Made by a program: the position numbers and the translations under genes
Part shown: piece after piece, positions 35,401-43,539 of the stretch
How the letters are laid out: every line of letters starts with the position of its first letter
How positions within the stretch are numbered: position 1 is the stretch's first letter
Source of the DNA: Caecitellus pseudoparvulus
Taxonomy: Eukaryota > Protista > Bigyra: Bicosoecida
Direction: 5' to 3'
Assembly: GCA_965644315.1 (NCBI GenBank)
Contig: CBFFRQ010000067.1
Location: 744,001-808,000 of the forward strand
DNA length: 64,000 bases
The notes under the pieces: model-generated
The model's input: the letters and a program-made list of their open reading frames with translations, nothing else
Told to the model about the DNA's origin: nothing
The model's database searches: none

Positions 35401-38400
35401 TGGGTCGAAGGTCTCAGATGCGCCCCCTGTAATGCTGGAGATGCCGTTCGATACCTCGCCGGCAACTGTGTCATCAGTCCCTGGTGGGGCGGTGGGCAGG
35501 CTGGCAGAGGAAGCGGTAGGCAGGGCAGCGGTGAGGCACTTGCTCATGGCAGTGTTCAACGCATTCACCCGTGCAACAGCGCCAGCCCGACCGCTCCCGC
35601 TGCATGCATCTTGGACCTTCTCTGGGGCCAGCGCCTCGCTGAACGCAGTGTGCATGGCCTCAGTCAATGCAGGGGTGTCACTCTGCCCAGAGCACTCCCA
35701 CAGCCGCCGCAACGCGCCGGCTTGCTCGGGAGCAAAGAGTTCACCCAGGCCCTTGAGAAACTGCACCTTAGCCGGATCAATGGCCTCCAGGAAGAAGGTG
35801 CCGGTCTGAATGCTGTTCTTGCCGGCACGCTTTTCGTGTCCTTGCAACGGGTTCCGCAAGGACACCTTCACCTTCAAGGGCGAACCTTCCTGCGGGATTT
35901 CTAGCCACTTCCGCGCATACATCTGGTACACCCTGTCATCACCGTACATCTCACACATGTAATCCATGGACTTGACACGGTCAAATCCGAGTGCCAGCAT
36001 GAGCTTGTCCGTGCACTCTGGGACTTCGTACGTGTAGCAGCGCACGGCAACCCAAATACGAACAGGCTTCGTGACATGGAATGTGACAGAGTTGTCATTT
36101 CCATTCACCCAGTCTTCCTTAAACAGAGCATGTGCCATGCGAGACCCAGCTGCCTTGAGGGCTGCGGGAACGCTCTTGACGGTGCAGTCGGAGTTGCCCC
36201 AGAGCTGGCCGCCGCCAACCTTGGGCACACCAGGATGCACCTCCAGCTCCCAATTCTCGGAGCCGCCGTGAAACTCCACGGGTCCATCGAACAACGAGCT
36301 CACGTCAACGCTCTCTGTAATCGGCAGCACTTCAAACTTGAATGGTAGGTTGCTGTCTGCTGGGAGCTCGTGGCTGTAGTTGTCCTGTGTGCGCTTCCCA
36401 TGATGAGCTGCCCACTCAGCATGCAGGGAGGACATGCTTTCGCTGGCCTTGCGCAGGGCGGCTACGTACTGGGTCGAGCCAAGCAGCGAATCAGCGCCGT
36501 TGATGCCAGGGATGCCGTGCACCTTGCCGAAAACAGCATACTTGAGCAACACCTCTTGCAGTGTCAAGTTGCGGGCGACCACTTCTGCATCCCCTGAGAG
36601 TCCCGCCTTGTCGCACCACTCCGCTGTTGTCGTGATTCGCTGCCCCGCAGAAGCAAGGAAGCCATCTGGGGCGCACTGCATGTGACGAATGATGCTGGCT
36701 TTGGGCAGCTGTCCAAGAAGAGCGAAACGCTTCACATCCTCGAACCGCCAGGGTGCCCAGCCAGACTTGCCAGGAGGAGGGGCAACCCTGGCACCACAGC
36801 CCATGTGCAGCAACTGAAGAAGCCCTGTGGACTGCAGCACCGGCCAGTCTGATTCGTTCCAGCCCTGGGCGACGTACGCAATGCACATGTTCTGCAGAGC
36901 CGTGACAGGCTCGGAAAGGCTTTCGTGGCCTTCGCCTCCAAACGACTGCCGCAGGAGTGCCATGACGCTCTTCAACAGACCCACCGCCTCACCTTGCAGC
37001 TTCACCATGGATGCTTGTGGGGCGGCCAGAACGCCGTGTGTGTGGTGGTGTAGCAGTGGCCACGTGCAGAAAGGCCCCTCCTCCAGCGATGACCACAGCA
37101 AGAGGTCTGGGTCCCGAGGAGCAAGGCTGGAAGGTTTGTCTTCCTCGCCTTCGTCTCCAGACTGCTTGCCCTGGTCCTTCGCCAAAGCCTGCTCAGTGGC
37201 TTTTGCCGTCGCAGCCTCCAAAGCCTCGGTCACGCTGCGCAGGCCTGCGCGGGCATGGCGCAACAAGTCGCACCGCAACAGCACGAGCAAGCTCTGGTCT
37301 GCTCCCCCTTGCATGTCTGCTTGGGGCAGCTCAGACAGCCCAGAATGCAGCGATGCCAAGCCGAAAGCGCGGGCATCCGCTCGAACCCGGCGCCACCATA
37401 GCAAGCGATGCAGGACATCTGCACGAACCGCAAGCTTTGCGAAGCCCAGTGTGCGCATGGTGGCTGCTTTTGCTTTGCCTGGCGTGAGAGTGCTGACTGC
37501 AGTGCCTTGGGATGGAGGCATTGGGGGAAGCGGGATGTCGCTCTCAGGGGCGCCCTCATCAGCCTGCTCCCCCTCATCCCCGACAGGCCGATGCCAGGAC
37601 CTCTGCCGAGCAAGCATGGTCAGCATCCCGTCCAAACCAGACGAAGGGGGCGGGGGGGGCGGGATAGCGCCCCCCTCGCTTTCCGAGCTGGGGAGCAAGG
37701 CAGTTCGAGACTTGACACCAGCGTCACTGAAGCGTTCTTCCAGTGTGGAAAACTCGCTCGTGCCCTCCACGCCACTGCCCGCCGTGGCAAGACCTGTGCC
37801 TCCAGGGGCACCTTCCTGCTCTCCAGGCTGCAAGGTCAACAGCAGCCGAACGCGCTCTTGCATCTGGCGAAGGAGTTCCGCGAAGCAAGTGCTGCGCTGC
37901 GGCTCAAGTACGCGACGCTGCCCGCCCCAGCTCCACGGGGTGGACGAAGTGCTGGGCTGTAACACTGGTGCGGCCGCGTCACTCTCGGAATCGCTCTCGT
38001 CTTCGTCGCTGCTTTCATCACTCTCGTCTGTTGAGCCACTCGCACTCGACGCATCAGACAAGGTGGAGGCTTCTGACTCCTGCCGCTCTGCAGCGGGCTC
38101 GCTTTCTGTGCTGCCAATGCTAGAACTGCGCTGTCTGGACGGAGTGCTCTCGGTGGGGATACCCGTGGTTTCAGCGGGTGCTTCCTGGTCGGCCGCGAGG
38201 TCAGAGGTAGAAGGGGCGTCGCCGGAAGCAGCAGCCCCCCCAGTGTTGCTTGATGCATCTTTAGGTGCCTCCTCGTCAGACATGGCAGCCTGTTGTGTCA
38301 CCAAGTACGTGCGCAAAGAGCGTACATCCTTCCACGCGTCGAGCAGGCAGTCCGATACGACTGCCGCAGCTGCCGCTTCGTCAGCTTCTTTCAGCGCACG

Positions 38401-41400
38401 CACACAGGCTGCGACGCTTGCCACTGCGCTGGCTCCGGAGAGCTTCACAATGCTAAGCCACACAAGAAGCTCGACTTGGGGAAACTTTGCCTGCTTGGCG
38501 AGCTTGCGCTTCTGGGCCACAGACTTTGGGAGGCGCTGCTTGCAGAGCCATGCGAACAGCACTTCGGCTGAGCCTGTGAGTGATTCACTCTGCACAGTTT
38601 CCGAGTACAAGGTGGACAAGCAGCCGTCTACATCTCCTGGGATGACCAGGGGATCTGACACTTGAACCGGCTCGTCCTGTGGGGGGAGGAAGCTGTCCAC
38701 CCACTGTGCTGCCGGCGCAGGGGCAGCCATGAAAGCCCCTGCAGGCTTGCTGCGAATGTGCTGCACGGCCGCGTGGAAGTCCAGGTCGGCGAAGGGGCTC
38801 CCTGCCTGGCCTGTGGACGCGGGGCAAGCCACCCCTCCCGCAAGCAGCTTGGAGCCGAGCAGGGGGGCCATTTCCACCTCCTCGTACGACACCAGGGATC
38901 CTCGGAGCAGCCCAGCTGCCAGACGAGACATCGCCACAGAGCACTGACGCTGTGTCCGCTGCAGCCAGTTAATGCCAAGAAGTCCCGACAGGTGCCCTCG
39001 CAGAGCAGTAGCCAGGTGGTCTGTGGCTGTCTTTCCATGCTGCATGCTTCGCAGCGCTCTGAGCATGCTGACAACGCGGCCCTGCACAACACCTTCCAGT
39101 GCCTCACGCTGAGCAGTCGCCTTGTCCTCTGCACTTGGTGGCGTGCCCAGCGCCACTGATGGGGGGCGATACCCCTCCCCCGGATCATCAGGAGCAATGT
39201 CCGGCGCCAGAACTGACAGGGGCACCAGCTGCAACGCCAGTGACGGTGCACCCACACTGCTCAAGGCCCCCGCTGTGACGGCTGAGTCGGCCAGAGTTGG
39301 GTGTGTGTGCAGAGGTGTGTCCAGCGAGACAAAGCAGTTTTCAGGCAGCATCGCTGTGGCACGCTTGCCTGCGGAGGGAAACTGCCCTGGCAAGCACTGC
39401 CGTGCGTCAGCGGTGTTCAACGCTGACATGGGGTGAGTCAGAGCGAGTGCGGGCACTGCCACGCGCGCGCCCGATGTCACGAGGGTCTCCCTCGTGGCCT
39501 GCCCAGCAGCACGGAGGGTGGACAAGGACACCGCCGACTTGTACTCGGTCGACTGCTGCACCTGAACCCGATCTGCCATGATGACCATAGCCGAGCGGGG
39601 TTTCCCTGCATCCTCCGCGCTGCAGGGAGGCAGCATGATAAAGAAGTCTCCTGCTTCACTGGTGCCGAAGCCGATGAGAGTGCCATGCACCTCAGCCTTG
39701 GGGGCTGCAGCTGCCTCTTCAGTGTGCTCCTCGCTCGGCTCGTCGTCCTTGCTCTCAACCACACCAGCACCTGCACCCTCCTCCTCCTTGCTCTCCAAGG
39801 GCTCCCCTGCAGCGGCTCCTCCTGCCTGCTCAGCCTCCTCCGCTGGAGAGGCGGCTGACCCGCCATCCTCCGAGCCATCACTGTCCGATCCTGATGCGAC
39901 AGACCCGTCATCACTGCCGTCACTGCCACCTGAGCCCTTGGAGCTCGAGCCTGGGCTTTGCACGCCAGCGATGCCTACCACAGCTGCGGCGTGCTCGGCA
40001 AGCAGCCATACCCACACAGAGAGAGGCTGTGCACCGACAGTCCCCAGCGTGCCACGGAACAACACTGGCACCTTCGCTTCTGCGGCATGAACAGCATCAA
40101 GCTTGGAACGCGCGGAGGAGGGAACGCTGAGCACGCCAGAAGCGAGGGCGGCCTGCGCCAGTCCGCCGCAAGACAACAAGGCCGCGTCGGGGCCCACAGT
40201 CAGCGACAGCTCCGAGGCGCTGGAGCCCGTCAATGCGGCTTCTCGGCCAAGCAGGGATGCCCAAGCAGTGCCCTGCATAATGCCCGACAGCTGCGGGGGG
40301 CTCGCTCCCAGCTGCCGGGGCCCGAAGGCGCCCGCCGCCGCAAGAGCGGCATCAGCGGTGTGCAGTGCCAGCAACACGTGATGCAGTGCCGGCAGCACTT
40401 GAGTGCTGAAAATGGGCAGGTGCCGCAAGGCTCGGTGCGCACACAGCGCAAGGAGCAGGGGGAGGAGGTCCCCCACCACCGACACACGCAGGACGTCGTG
40501 GGCTACCACTCCCTCCTCTGCACTGCCGCGCGCAGCGAGGCACACCTCGCCCAGCACGTCCCGCACTGCATCTAGCACAAGCAAGGCCACTTTTGACGCC
40601 AGCTGCACTCGAGGAGCACGTGCGAGTGATGATGTAGCATCCCAGTGGGGACCCACGAGCACGGAGTCTGTGACGCCTCCTGCAGCGAGGGAGGAAGAAG
40701 CAGCCCGCTCACGGGCAGCTGCCTCGACGTCAGTGATGACGCCCGTGAACACTGCGTGCAGGATGGTGCACACGAGCTTCATGCTCGTTGTGAACAAAGG
40801 CGTGCAAAGTGGCGCGGCATCCTTGGCCTGCAGGCACTGCTTCGCCGTGGCGTTGTGACGCACGAGGAGCTGCTGCACCAAGCCGAATGCCAGGGCGGCC
40901 TTGCTTGCCTCCGGCTCGAGCGCAGCTTTCGCGTCCTCAGTCGGGCCACAGGCAGTCAACGCCTGGGATGGAAGTGCTCGCAGTTGGGAAGGCAGCAGCG
41001 AGGCCACTGTGGCCCCGCGGCAGAGGCGGTTCAAAAGTGCTGTCGCAAGGTTTGTGCCCGCTTCACCCGCATCGGCTTGCAGGACGGCAGTGAACAACTG
41101 CACCTGCTGTCCAGTGGTGGCGAAGAGGAAGTCCAGCCCATCAATCAGCAAGCCGACAGCGGCAGAGGTGAGAAGGGCAGGGATGGTGCCAGCAGCAGCC
41201 GCTGCAGCCACGGCCTGCACCTCTGGGCTGACAACCACATCCTGCTTCAAGCCCAACAAGCCAGCCTGAACCAGGAACATCAACTCCTCGGCGACAGGTG
41301 TCAGACGGCCATCTGGCAGCAACACGCCGATGCTCGCGCCGGACACCCGAGCGGCGGCTGCGCGGCAGAGGCTTGCTCGCACGATGACGAGTACACTCAA

Positions 41401-43539
41401 CGTGCTCTTCAGCGCATGCTCGTCGCCTTCTGTGATCCGGGGAAGCAGCACGAGCAGCAGATGCAGGGCTGCCTTGAACAGAAGTGGGGAGGCCGCCACA
41501 GCGAAAGGCTCCCGCAGGGGCAGCGACTTGGCTGCCGACGTGACGCCCAGTGCAGGGAGTGCCTTGGTGGACGAAGGGGGTTTGAAGCCAGACATGGACA
41601 CAGTGGCCTGTGGCGCGTACTCTTGGGCCAAGCGTGCGATTGCGTACAGCAGAGCATGATGGCCAGGGCTGTCCGTCGGCGCAGCGGGAGCAGACAGGAG
41701 CTCTGCCACAGTCTTGGACAAGCCGCTGGGAAGCGGGGGTGGAGCCACCACTCTGCGGGAAGCCACCCGCTTGATGCGCATGCCCATGCCAGCAGGCCGG
41801 AAGGCAAGCCTGGCAGGGCCGCGCACCAGCCCCGACAGGACGAGCGACTTGGTCGAGCCCACCCGCGCGTGCATGGTGCCATGCAGCGTATCGATGCAGA
41901 GAGTAATGGTGGCACCTTCCTCTGGCCACTTCACTGAGCGAGTGGGCTTGCTTTGGTAGTTCTGGGGGTTCCCCCCGTACAGGTCAAACACTTTGCCTGC
42001 CCCCTGCCAGCGCAGAGGCGTGTCCACTTTCTCGAAGTCGGAGTGGGACACATCCTCCTGCAGCGCAACTTGCTGCTGCAAGACAGTGCAGCAGCCGTTG
42101 TCGTTGTCAGTGGTCGGAGCCAAAGTCACCTCCAGGTCGATCTCGTGGATGGAGTCACCTTCGAGTAGTTGCTTGGTGGCCACCCAGCACTGGGAGCCGT
42201 ACCGCTCCTTCATCACAAACGCCGAGTCACCGTCTGAAAACACCAGTTGCTGCTGCACGTACGAGTCCCCTCCGTGGGCTGCCTTGGCCATCCACTCACA
42301 GGAGCCCAGGCGCCAATGCAAAACATCACTCTCCGCCGCAGCGCCTTCACACAGCGCACTCTGGCGAGCGGCAGCCGCTGCCAGCATGGGCTTGCTTGCC
42401 ACGTGCCCAGCCAGGGCGCCCATGGTCTGCTCCACTTCAGCCTGCGGCTGCTTTAGCACGAGTGCTGCCGCTGCCAAGAGGGATGCAGAGTCTGCCGTGG
42501 CTGCGGCTGCTGCCATGACAGCTGGGAGCAGGCTGGCGTCCGTGGCGGCGGCATCCAAGCAGCGCTCCAGCAGGCGCAGAGGGGAAGCAGGCGGGGGTGC
42601 AAAGATAACAGGTGAAGTGGAGGCTGCTTCCGCTTCTGTGGGCGTCTTGGGAGCCACCAGCGCCGACACACGCCCCACACTTACCACGCCCGGCTCGCCC
42701 GAGCTGACGGTGGGGAACGACAGTGTGAAGGAGCCAGTCTCCATGCCGAGAGCTGGCAGGACAACAAAGCTTGCACCCTCCGGTACCACAAGTGTGGGGC
42801 CCACCTGCATCATGGCCCCACCCGGTCCGATGGGCAGGGACAGCGCCACCCTACTGGGGGGGTGTGCTCCAGCCATCGTCACTCGCACCCCTCCCAAGCA
42901 AGCCTTGGGCTTGAGGTCGAAGGAAGCCTTGGTGTCGCGGTGGGCCAAGGAATACCAGTGAGGAGAGCCAGCCTTGGTCAGCCCCTCCAGCTTTGCACCA
43001 GGCCCGGAAGATGCGGAAGTGACTTGGAGGGTGCCAGGGAACTCCACCAGCGCACGGTGGTTCAGGGACAGGTCAGAGTCCGAGAACAACTGACCCACGG
43101 GGACTGAGCCGAATTCTTGGGCGAAAAGGCTGGCGAGCAGCTCAGCTGGGAGGCTCCCCGACTCCAGCGCCGCGACAGCCACCGCCGCAGCAGCTGACGA
43201 GCCAGGCGTGGTGGGCGCCAAGGTCGGCAGCAGCGTCAGATCCGTGGGTGCTTCTGCCGCGCTGCTGCCGCTGGACGCTGTGGCAAGCTCGCAAGCTGAC
43301 TCGACGTAGGCCTCAAAAGCGTCCTCTTCGTTGACAGCCTTCGCAAGTGCCCCCAGGTCCGCATGCAGCCCCGGTGAGTTGTCGCTGGTCGGGTCCGCTG
43401 CCATTCCCGCAAGCATGGCGGAACGCACGACGCTGTCATCCTGCTGTTTGGATGCCGGGGCAGGCGGGGCAGCCATGCCCATTTTCAGGGCGATGGGTGC
43501 ATTTCCAGGCTGGTTCAGGATCTGCAACACCCCCTCCAT
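23476..43539 (-). CDS. Giant HECT-domain E3 ubiquitin ligase (6687 aa, uninterrupted ORF)
   Basis: C-terminal HECT domain (IKFEGEQGIDQGGVFRE, LLLPTPN, LRFIGQWMAMSLR, WFWEVFE, LPEAHTCFFSIDLPEY; catalytic Cys codon 23575-23577). Also SPRY-like segments (about 42250-41760 and 32520-32200), a UBA-like segment (about 33690-33590) and an ESNHPY beta-sandwich motif (about 25950). Confidence 0.93.
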   Translation of the reverse strand: MEGVLQILNQPGNAPIALKMGMAAPPAPASKQQDDSVVRSAMLAGMAADPTSDNSPGLHADLGALAKAVNEEDAFEAYVESACELATASSGSSAAEAPTDLTLLPTLAPTTPGSSAAAAVAVAALESGSLPAELLASLFAQEFGSVPVGQLFSDSDLSLNHRALVEFPGTLQVTSASSGPGAKLEGLTKAGSPHWYSLAHRDTKASFDLKPKACLGGVRVTMAGAHPPSRVALSLPIGPGGAMMQVGPTLVVPEGASFVVLPALGMETGSFTLSFPTVSSGEPGVVSVGRVSALVAPKTPTEAEAASTSPVIFAPPPASPLRLLERCLDAAATDASLLPAVMAAAAATADSASLLAAAALVLKQPQAEVEQTMGALAGHVASKPMLAAAAARQSALCEGAAAESDVLHWRLGSCEWMAKAAHGGDSYVQQQLVFSDGDSAFVMKERYGSQCWVATKQLLEGDSIHEIDLEVTLAPTTDNDNGCCTVLQQQVALQEDVSHSDFEKVDTPLRWQGAGKVFDLYGGNPQNYQSKPTRSVKWPEEGATITLCIDTLHGTMHARVGSTKSLVLSGLVRGPARLAFRPAGMGMRIKRVASRRVVAPPPLPSGLSKTVAELLSAPAAPTDSPGHHALLYAIARLAQEYAPQATVSMSGFKPPSSTKALPALGVTSAAKSLPLREPFAVAASPLLFKAALHLLLVLLPRITEGDEHALKSTLSVLVIVRASLCRAAAARVSGASIGVLLPDGRLTPVAEELMFLVQAGLLGLKQDVVVSPEVQAVAAAAAAGTIPALLTSAAVGLLIDGLDFLFATTGQQVQLFTAVLQADAGEAGTNLATALLNRLCRGATVASLLPSQLRALPSQALTACGPTEDAKAALEPEASKAALAFGLVQQLLVRHNATAKQCLQAKDAAPLCTPLFTTSMKLVCTILHAVFTGVITDVEAAARERAASSSLAAGGVTDSVLVGPHWDATSSLARAPRVQLASKVALLVLDAVRDVLGEVCLAARGSAEEGVVAHDVLRVSVVGDLLPLLLALCAHRALRHLPIFSTQVLPALHHVLLALHTADAALAAAGAFGPRQLGASPPQLSGIMQGTAWASLLGREAALTGSSASELSLTVGPDAALLSCGGLAQAALASGVLSVPSSARSKLDAVHAAEAKVPVLFRGTLGTVGAQPLSVWVWLLAEHAAAVVGIAGVQSPGSSSKGSGGSDGSDDGSVASGSDSDGSEDGGSAASPAEEAEQAGGAAAGEPLESKEEEGAGAGVVESKDDEPSEEHTEEAAAAPKAEVHGTLIGFGTSEAGDFFIMLPPCSAEDAGKPRSAMVIMADRVQVQQSTEYKSAVSLSTLRAAGQATRETLVTSGARVAVPALALTHPMSALNTADARQCLPGQFPSAGKRATAMLPENCFVSLDTPLHTHPTLADSAVTAGALSSVGAPSLALQLVPLSVLAPDIAPDDPGEGYRPPSVALGTPPSAEDKATAQREALEGVVQGRVVSMLRALRSMQHGKTATDHLATALRGHLSGLLGINWLQRTQRQCSVAMSRLAAGLLRGSLVSYEEVEMAPLLGSKLLAGGVACPASTGQAGSPFADLDFHAAVQHIRSKPAGAFMAAPAPAAQWVDSFLPPQDEPVQVSDPLVIPGDVDGCLSTLYSETVQSESLTGSAEVLFAWLCKQRLPKSVAQKRKLAKQAKFPQVELLVWLSIVKLSGASAVASVAACVRALKEADEAAAAAVVSDCLLDAWKDVRSLRTYLVTQQAAMSDEEAPKDASSNTGGAAASGDAPSTSDLAADQEAPAETTGIPTESTPSRQRSSSIGSTESEPAAERQESEASTLSDASSASGSTDESDESSDEDESDSESDAAAPVLQPSTSSTPWSWGGQRRVLEPQRSTCFAELLRQMQERVRLLLTLQPGEQEGAPGGTGLATAGSGVEGTSEFSTLEERFSDAGVKSRTALLPSSESEGGAIPPPPPPSSGLDGMLTMLARQRSWHRPVGDEGEQADEGAPESDIPLPPMPPSQGTAVSTLTPGKAKAATMRTLGFAKLAVRADVLHRLLWWRRVRADARAFGLASLHSGLSELPQADMQGGADQSLLVLLRCDLLRHARAGLRSVTEALEAATAKATEQALAKDQGKQSGDEGEEDKPSSLAPRDPDLLLWSSLEEGPFCTWPLLHHHTHGVLAAPQASMVKLQGEAVGLLKSVMALLRQSFGGEGHESLSEPVTALQNMCIAYVAQGWNESDWPVLQSTGLLQLLHMGCGARVAPPPGKSGWAPWRFEDVKRFALLGQLPKASIIRHMQCAPDGFLASAGQRITTTAEWCDKAGLSGDAEVVARNLTLQEVLLKYAVFGKVHGIPGINGADSLLGSTQYVAALRKASESMSSLHAEWAAHHGKRTQDNYSHELPADSNLPFKFEVLPITESVDVSSLFDGPVEFHGGSENWELEVHPGVPKVGGGQLWGNSDCTVKSVPAALKAAGSRMAHALFKEDWVNGNDNSVTFHVTKPVRIWVAVRCYTYEVPECTDKLMLALGFDRVKSMDYMCEMYGDDRVYQMYARKWLEIPQEGSPLKVKVSLRNPLQGHEKRAGKNSIQTGTFFLEAIDPAKVQFLKGLGELFAPEQAGALRRLWECSGQSDTPALTEAMHTAFSEALAPEKVQDACSGSGRAGAVARVNALNTAMSKCLTAALPTASSASLPTAPPGTDDTVAGEVSNGISSITGGASETFDPTPVPETELKLASPASLVASVLTKLAFGAQPLDSKGLKRTASPEADSTRSVQSSVLQLSRVNSTAGEPAGMEGAAGTDHEPLVCLQRESLATLGKGIDAYVAELRADRCGEHVAAEAALNGHFGELLSLAGSATVREALVTAAWLERMVIAFAFGSLRLRRAVLLLLGSCAHELRPSFVGAALKSAWPAAADIDMWSAVYAGDHVAAGGSAVGGDTSTISSVALGWLLHMVAAPVAMSWGAHLPLAWTGVQHPDAPVASTPECDQALASLALQLLRRLALDVHGPWAKHLVGLVPAAINEAAAWLQDGADVQADKHALARILACMRFLAAADGGLFVGARVALPGTGAGDTKTGTVLSLSHTVQGADGDLLRTFFMPGMLPSGATPATGSTSSSSECTVLVAEGITLTSTMRTASYSPTDLTPALHPPASAELVRLDAPVLHSLISLAQGAGASSLPGLFLAMHALGTVQHLLEKQALAKPLIEAIMHGSAPGSLPPFVSALYEGALKPLSKSAAAYIDAPDATLLSVLDQGIVLSGGMGGVSPACSPTSSPTTPAAATADTPGSTSDSTLREVASSCTCDVVSARTALMLSSGKVDDAKALLKSDSGAALQGLPPQAVWSAEAPVDVVQQLCAEITDWDAGAFIAHIPAALTKQSGRVAVHSDGAEGAAIVLSVSCASACAASSIAVPLATLPALPADASSPVHVATRDGCTLALLTSEAGEMGEVCVPAKSGKVSVSWAAAGASLLLSAGAVSLDLGLTAFAALPASALKPCPARVAVDTAAATPAFARAAVAAAEALRRPIEGDKLLLPQQGLSSAALALQTATTGSSLHTSERALAGLPAWVFQDLPGEKGLQLASETKLPGSADEHLSAVSSLAALGMLDPLLPQALPADEKGARSRGPRAVSCSALMPAASSASLAKADVVEVPLDPTGTGGEEAMGVVGVSFLLKKGSVDTWQDVRMSLGLAQGGKDPKTLPGRCPASWALAFNDQCLYHASSANWVSGFSAPAGEDEEVEAKVLHMPDGSLRWWWKGGEVGSDNKFTGVEGPLFPVMWLSGGENVELHVTEVVMASAWQKKVAADPGAKLTNKQVWEELKIVGDDIPFRFADKNRTWQPSEQDARRARDQPEDYTAEGEAAFETVGSTPGLGLKRNSKYGSEAKGGLQCAMLKAEVKSLSWDGMAPEKVLGHPFLHRFLPMLHDQTLSSWQIVANMVQGGADGGSVLACMLAHAQLRAEQRLGAAQARLDAVATDRKAATALDQAGFGGDAPSGEGAQASIFASVVVSDAELQGSFKRPLEKTGGSAVAEKEEEVVSVSLVLPAGEAPATSTSYNVAGVACPATGVLAVPFELPDAAAVAHPEHAAVASKTCTSDGKLKAESKIASLAKAAAATYGDGSSDVVDLVTRRDFKVVRTLTMPLGRQWSHLEGVLGLSDEGLLGPDVQGDLKCTFHTPLTPPVRLGYVVRVVIKGDGVTLASLPALDCVGASWPLSLSVYSVDQLTVQVEVSPALGKGRRLATDRDDDDEGESEDDIAKRTANFPDLIPSRLVLLLHSLNVAGPGAADLRAGVPLALVPKSLATHIAGDKPAWACVGKGISAMGSGLPQLLSGISADPVTLPDGLLAKEVSTALSQAIPMRVHDTERGLALVQLVPATSAYTIDAVLGLAQGDRDGTRTVLEDAMTVLCVRAARACLLGALNASSALGDCEAATALLMVLCTSQDFSRLVRIMAVRDPALGACQLPSVGDKPPQASTEARAGLQELSTALHQAVTVEAAQSSAKHSSIADKLLVEALWHLHASTEQRAKSGVALRAPGVALSGRKGVGSDLSVMHASSMVVSFSNSAQSLPSGARLALLSAPPPSGLSDDWCVPVEDTGDDTQAKSDESEQPKVPTVFAVWDSEGRLLNAAQHKGVAVGYGWTPQPTPTGAGPKGVKSTPASRADAAGAAAGAADAEGTSTTAPEEEKDDESGSKDKEPTPLTVDLRWQSVSIPASSAHVYVDLSAVQWPGAAASGAEHKEEDGAAEQSSACEQKDGGDALAPAGVSVGLSAAPVHVGWKSEAEADTPSPVWGAWLLAFLLNRVLSSLPVQGQALEGLHNNGTVLALLRHARHPGVPGRLQAALTQLASQILSTGHLFHPQHPPCTDHLAYAPAHAAAAMATCVQVQLGSAKLPNGSDVLRDVGAVGVATSQTMALLKSLQQQQSGVLRLAGGHVAHTSLPTTLQRGLQVPAGLRALMDLLAAAKALEQGGTDAAHSSADFIDKVAALGGVSRDAVDVVQTLHSAEAVEEAAVSSAALPESAPAWATVARRLGEGRRVDGVALRLAGARVAFLPPAVAQSSEKAQEEALASFKAQYAAAHDKSSGSKKATPSTDDASDADSGSDSDEEVANGLPEMADYRHGVQLVRPQNTEGRPADGEVSAAQVLVFVLQQLSSSQLTTLSLVLGVGEDADPPLSTVPGGSSELDCTLSGRVDESAGAALLASFWAQLSFAAQGIVGCNFSDSIAVQDVFATLTEDEHGDRAAAIFTNLLAHQLVLGQGRAVVDLWDVVWGFADVLLSQAGQGAFASRAIEVVDGALADIVCAEQGCDSGSLMELEVKDLKDPRPDDSIDYVQKWVLNLLTPPVLSLLASLHLPRCPKPWDTEWTSSDAARTAAEEGGSPTAEDGAAAEGEAADVKASAAPACVPKPLRVQVKNEGSVPSEVALSYIGHSRALAAAFAKWQEKADEGAVWTPKVQKLDGTAEGIAGEVAIVSADRPGAFQLPEVAAGAGGAGGDPSAFLLAHALSLASCQTVEDVAGLSAVEEALLETGKSLARAASLAGKQGQTVYTGKALKDVGVVEASDTATAVYAGRVLESTGMLPPLFGKVVLVTRSAATTVEALRDVLKGVVAQRPAAVVLEEGGVVSPPASDGGSSLAALIGTSEGMAALGTKVSCLVPYHREQPGADAKAGSEHAADEEVRDEGVPPTVVTNTPLLLAGPSAARKLTAAAEAAVAAAGRSAGLIAEEAAQATTEEASGEAAPSKGGAFALLAGGAATMVARAAKRAREKRAAKALQAAAGDKSGLMGGLALWRSGRQLATTGKGIKDPRVPQPMSHPSAFASRTILPTVAAARSGGVQIADIMSTAQAMAETLTLGVDASDAFVASTWLPVAGLSRHVESNHPYRAGERLCGAISIPGATSLAVTLDPNTSLGAGAVLYLSASASCGIEAHGVSSAKGDDRPRVLAVTGVSPRDAHRVPALAPTTEAKASDKAAALKAAAEEGVYLSSLSEGETIIIQGSSVAYSLQVPAGADVSPGLWGVGFTVSPGAIEGSVAKHETCCHQLASMIPLRCLDALLWGGLHSMASTAKAAGLTASSASAWSAEEDADLVELANVLAKRVSALGTSQESLRDEWRGLAKKKRNKVPEPASRVYGMAASAAVKVTATSLPPCAVHIPPNLALKFRRLAGIPLQRLRARLAALQVFNAVLRKAVAAVPLSSDVPTSIAGKLAAASRFTFPHVKQDVLEGQLQTLQMLERKLLRVNENVKPDAYSKTKVILPVGFDSDQGCALPAPIPVWKCPDGRYTTSEFNMPLGKLSNFTATRSEEEGLTSVAESENIFVQLFESWESVSPVAFRSGGSSNRNLLFGEGSAAVGNIKFEGEQGIDQGGVFREGMTRATEELFSSKFELLLPTPNAARGEGGELAVFLPNPTATSPRALSMLRFIGQWMAMSLRSGAAVPFCFPPLVYKAILGDEPDEHDLLLISSTAHDFAISVRDCDAEFDARGKPREPITCEADFAQAFTTSQGPLTFSMTEPDGSVVELVPGGAAKQVTFANRAEFAQALLHHHLHKYDTGLQALVQGFRSVIPERILQLVTAPELEVLVAGVSTVDVELLKRNTVYSGYTSQDAIIKWFWEVFEDMSDEERTLYIRFAWGRGRIPPSDAAWVGVDKHGIDKARGKVDALPEAHTCFFSIDLPEYPSKEVLRSKLLTAVTLGGGILNG

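Noticed and set aside
24185-42961. Long plus-strand ORFs (e.g. 24185-25591, 32072-33466, 36827-38665, 40645-41937) opposite the HECT gene
   Set aside because: These are antisense shadow frames expected from GC-rich codon usage; they are Ser/Ala/Arg-rich with no motifs.
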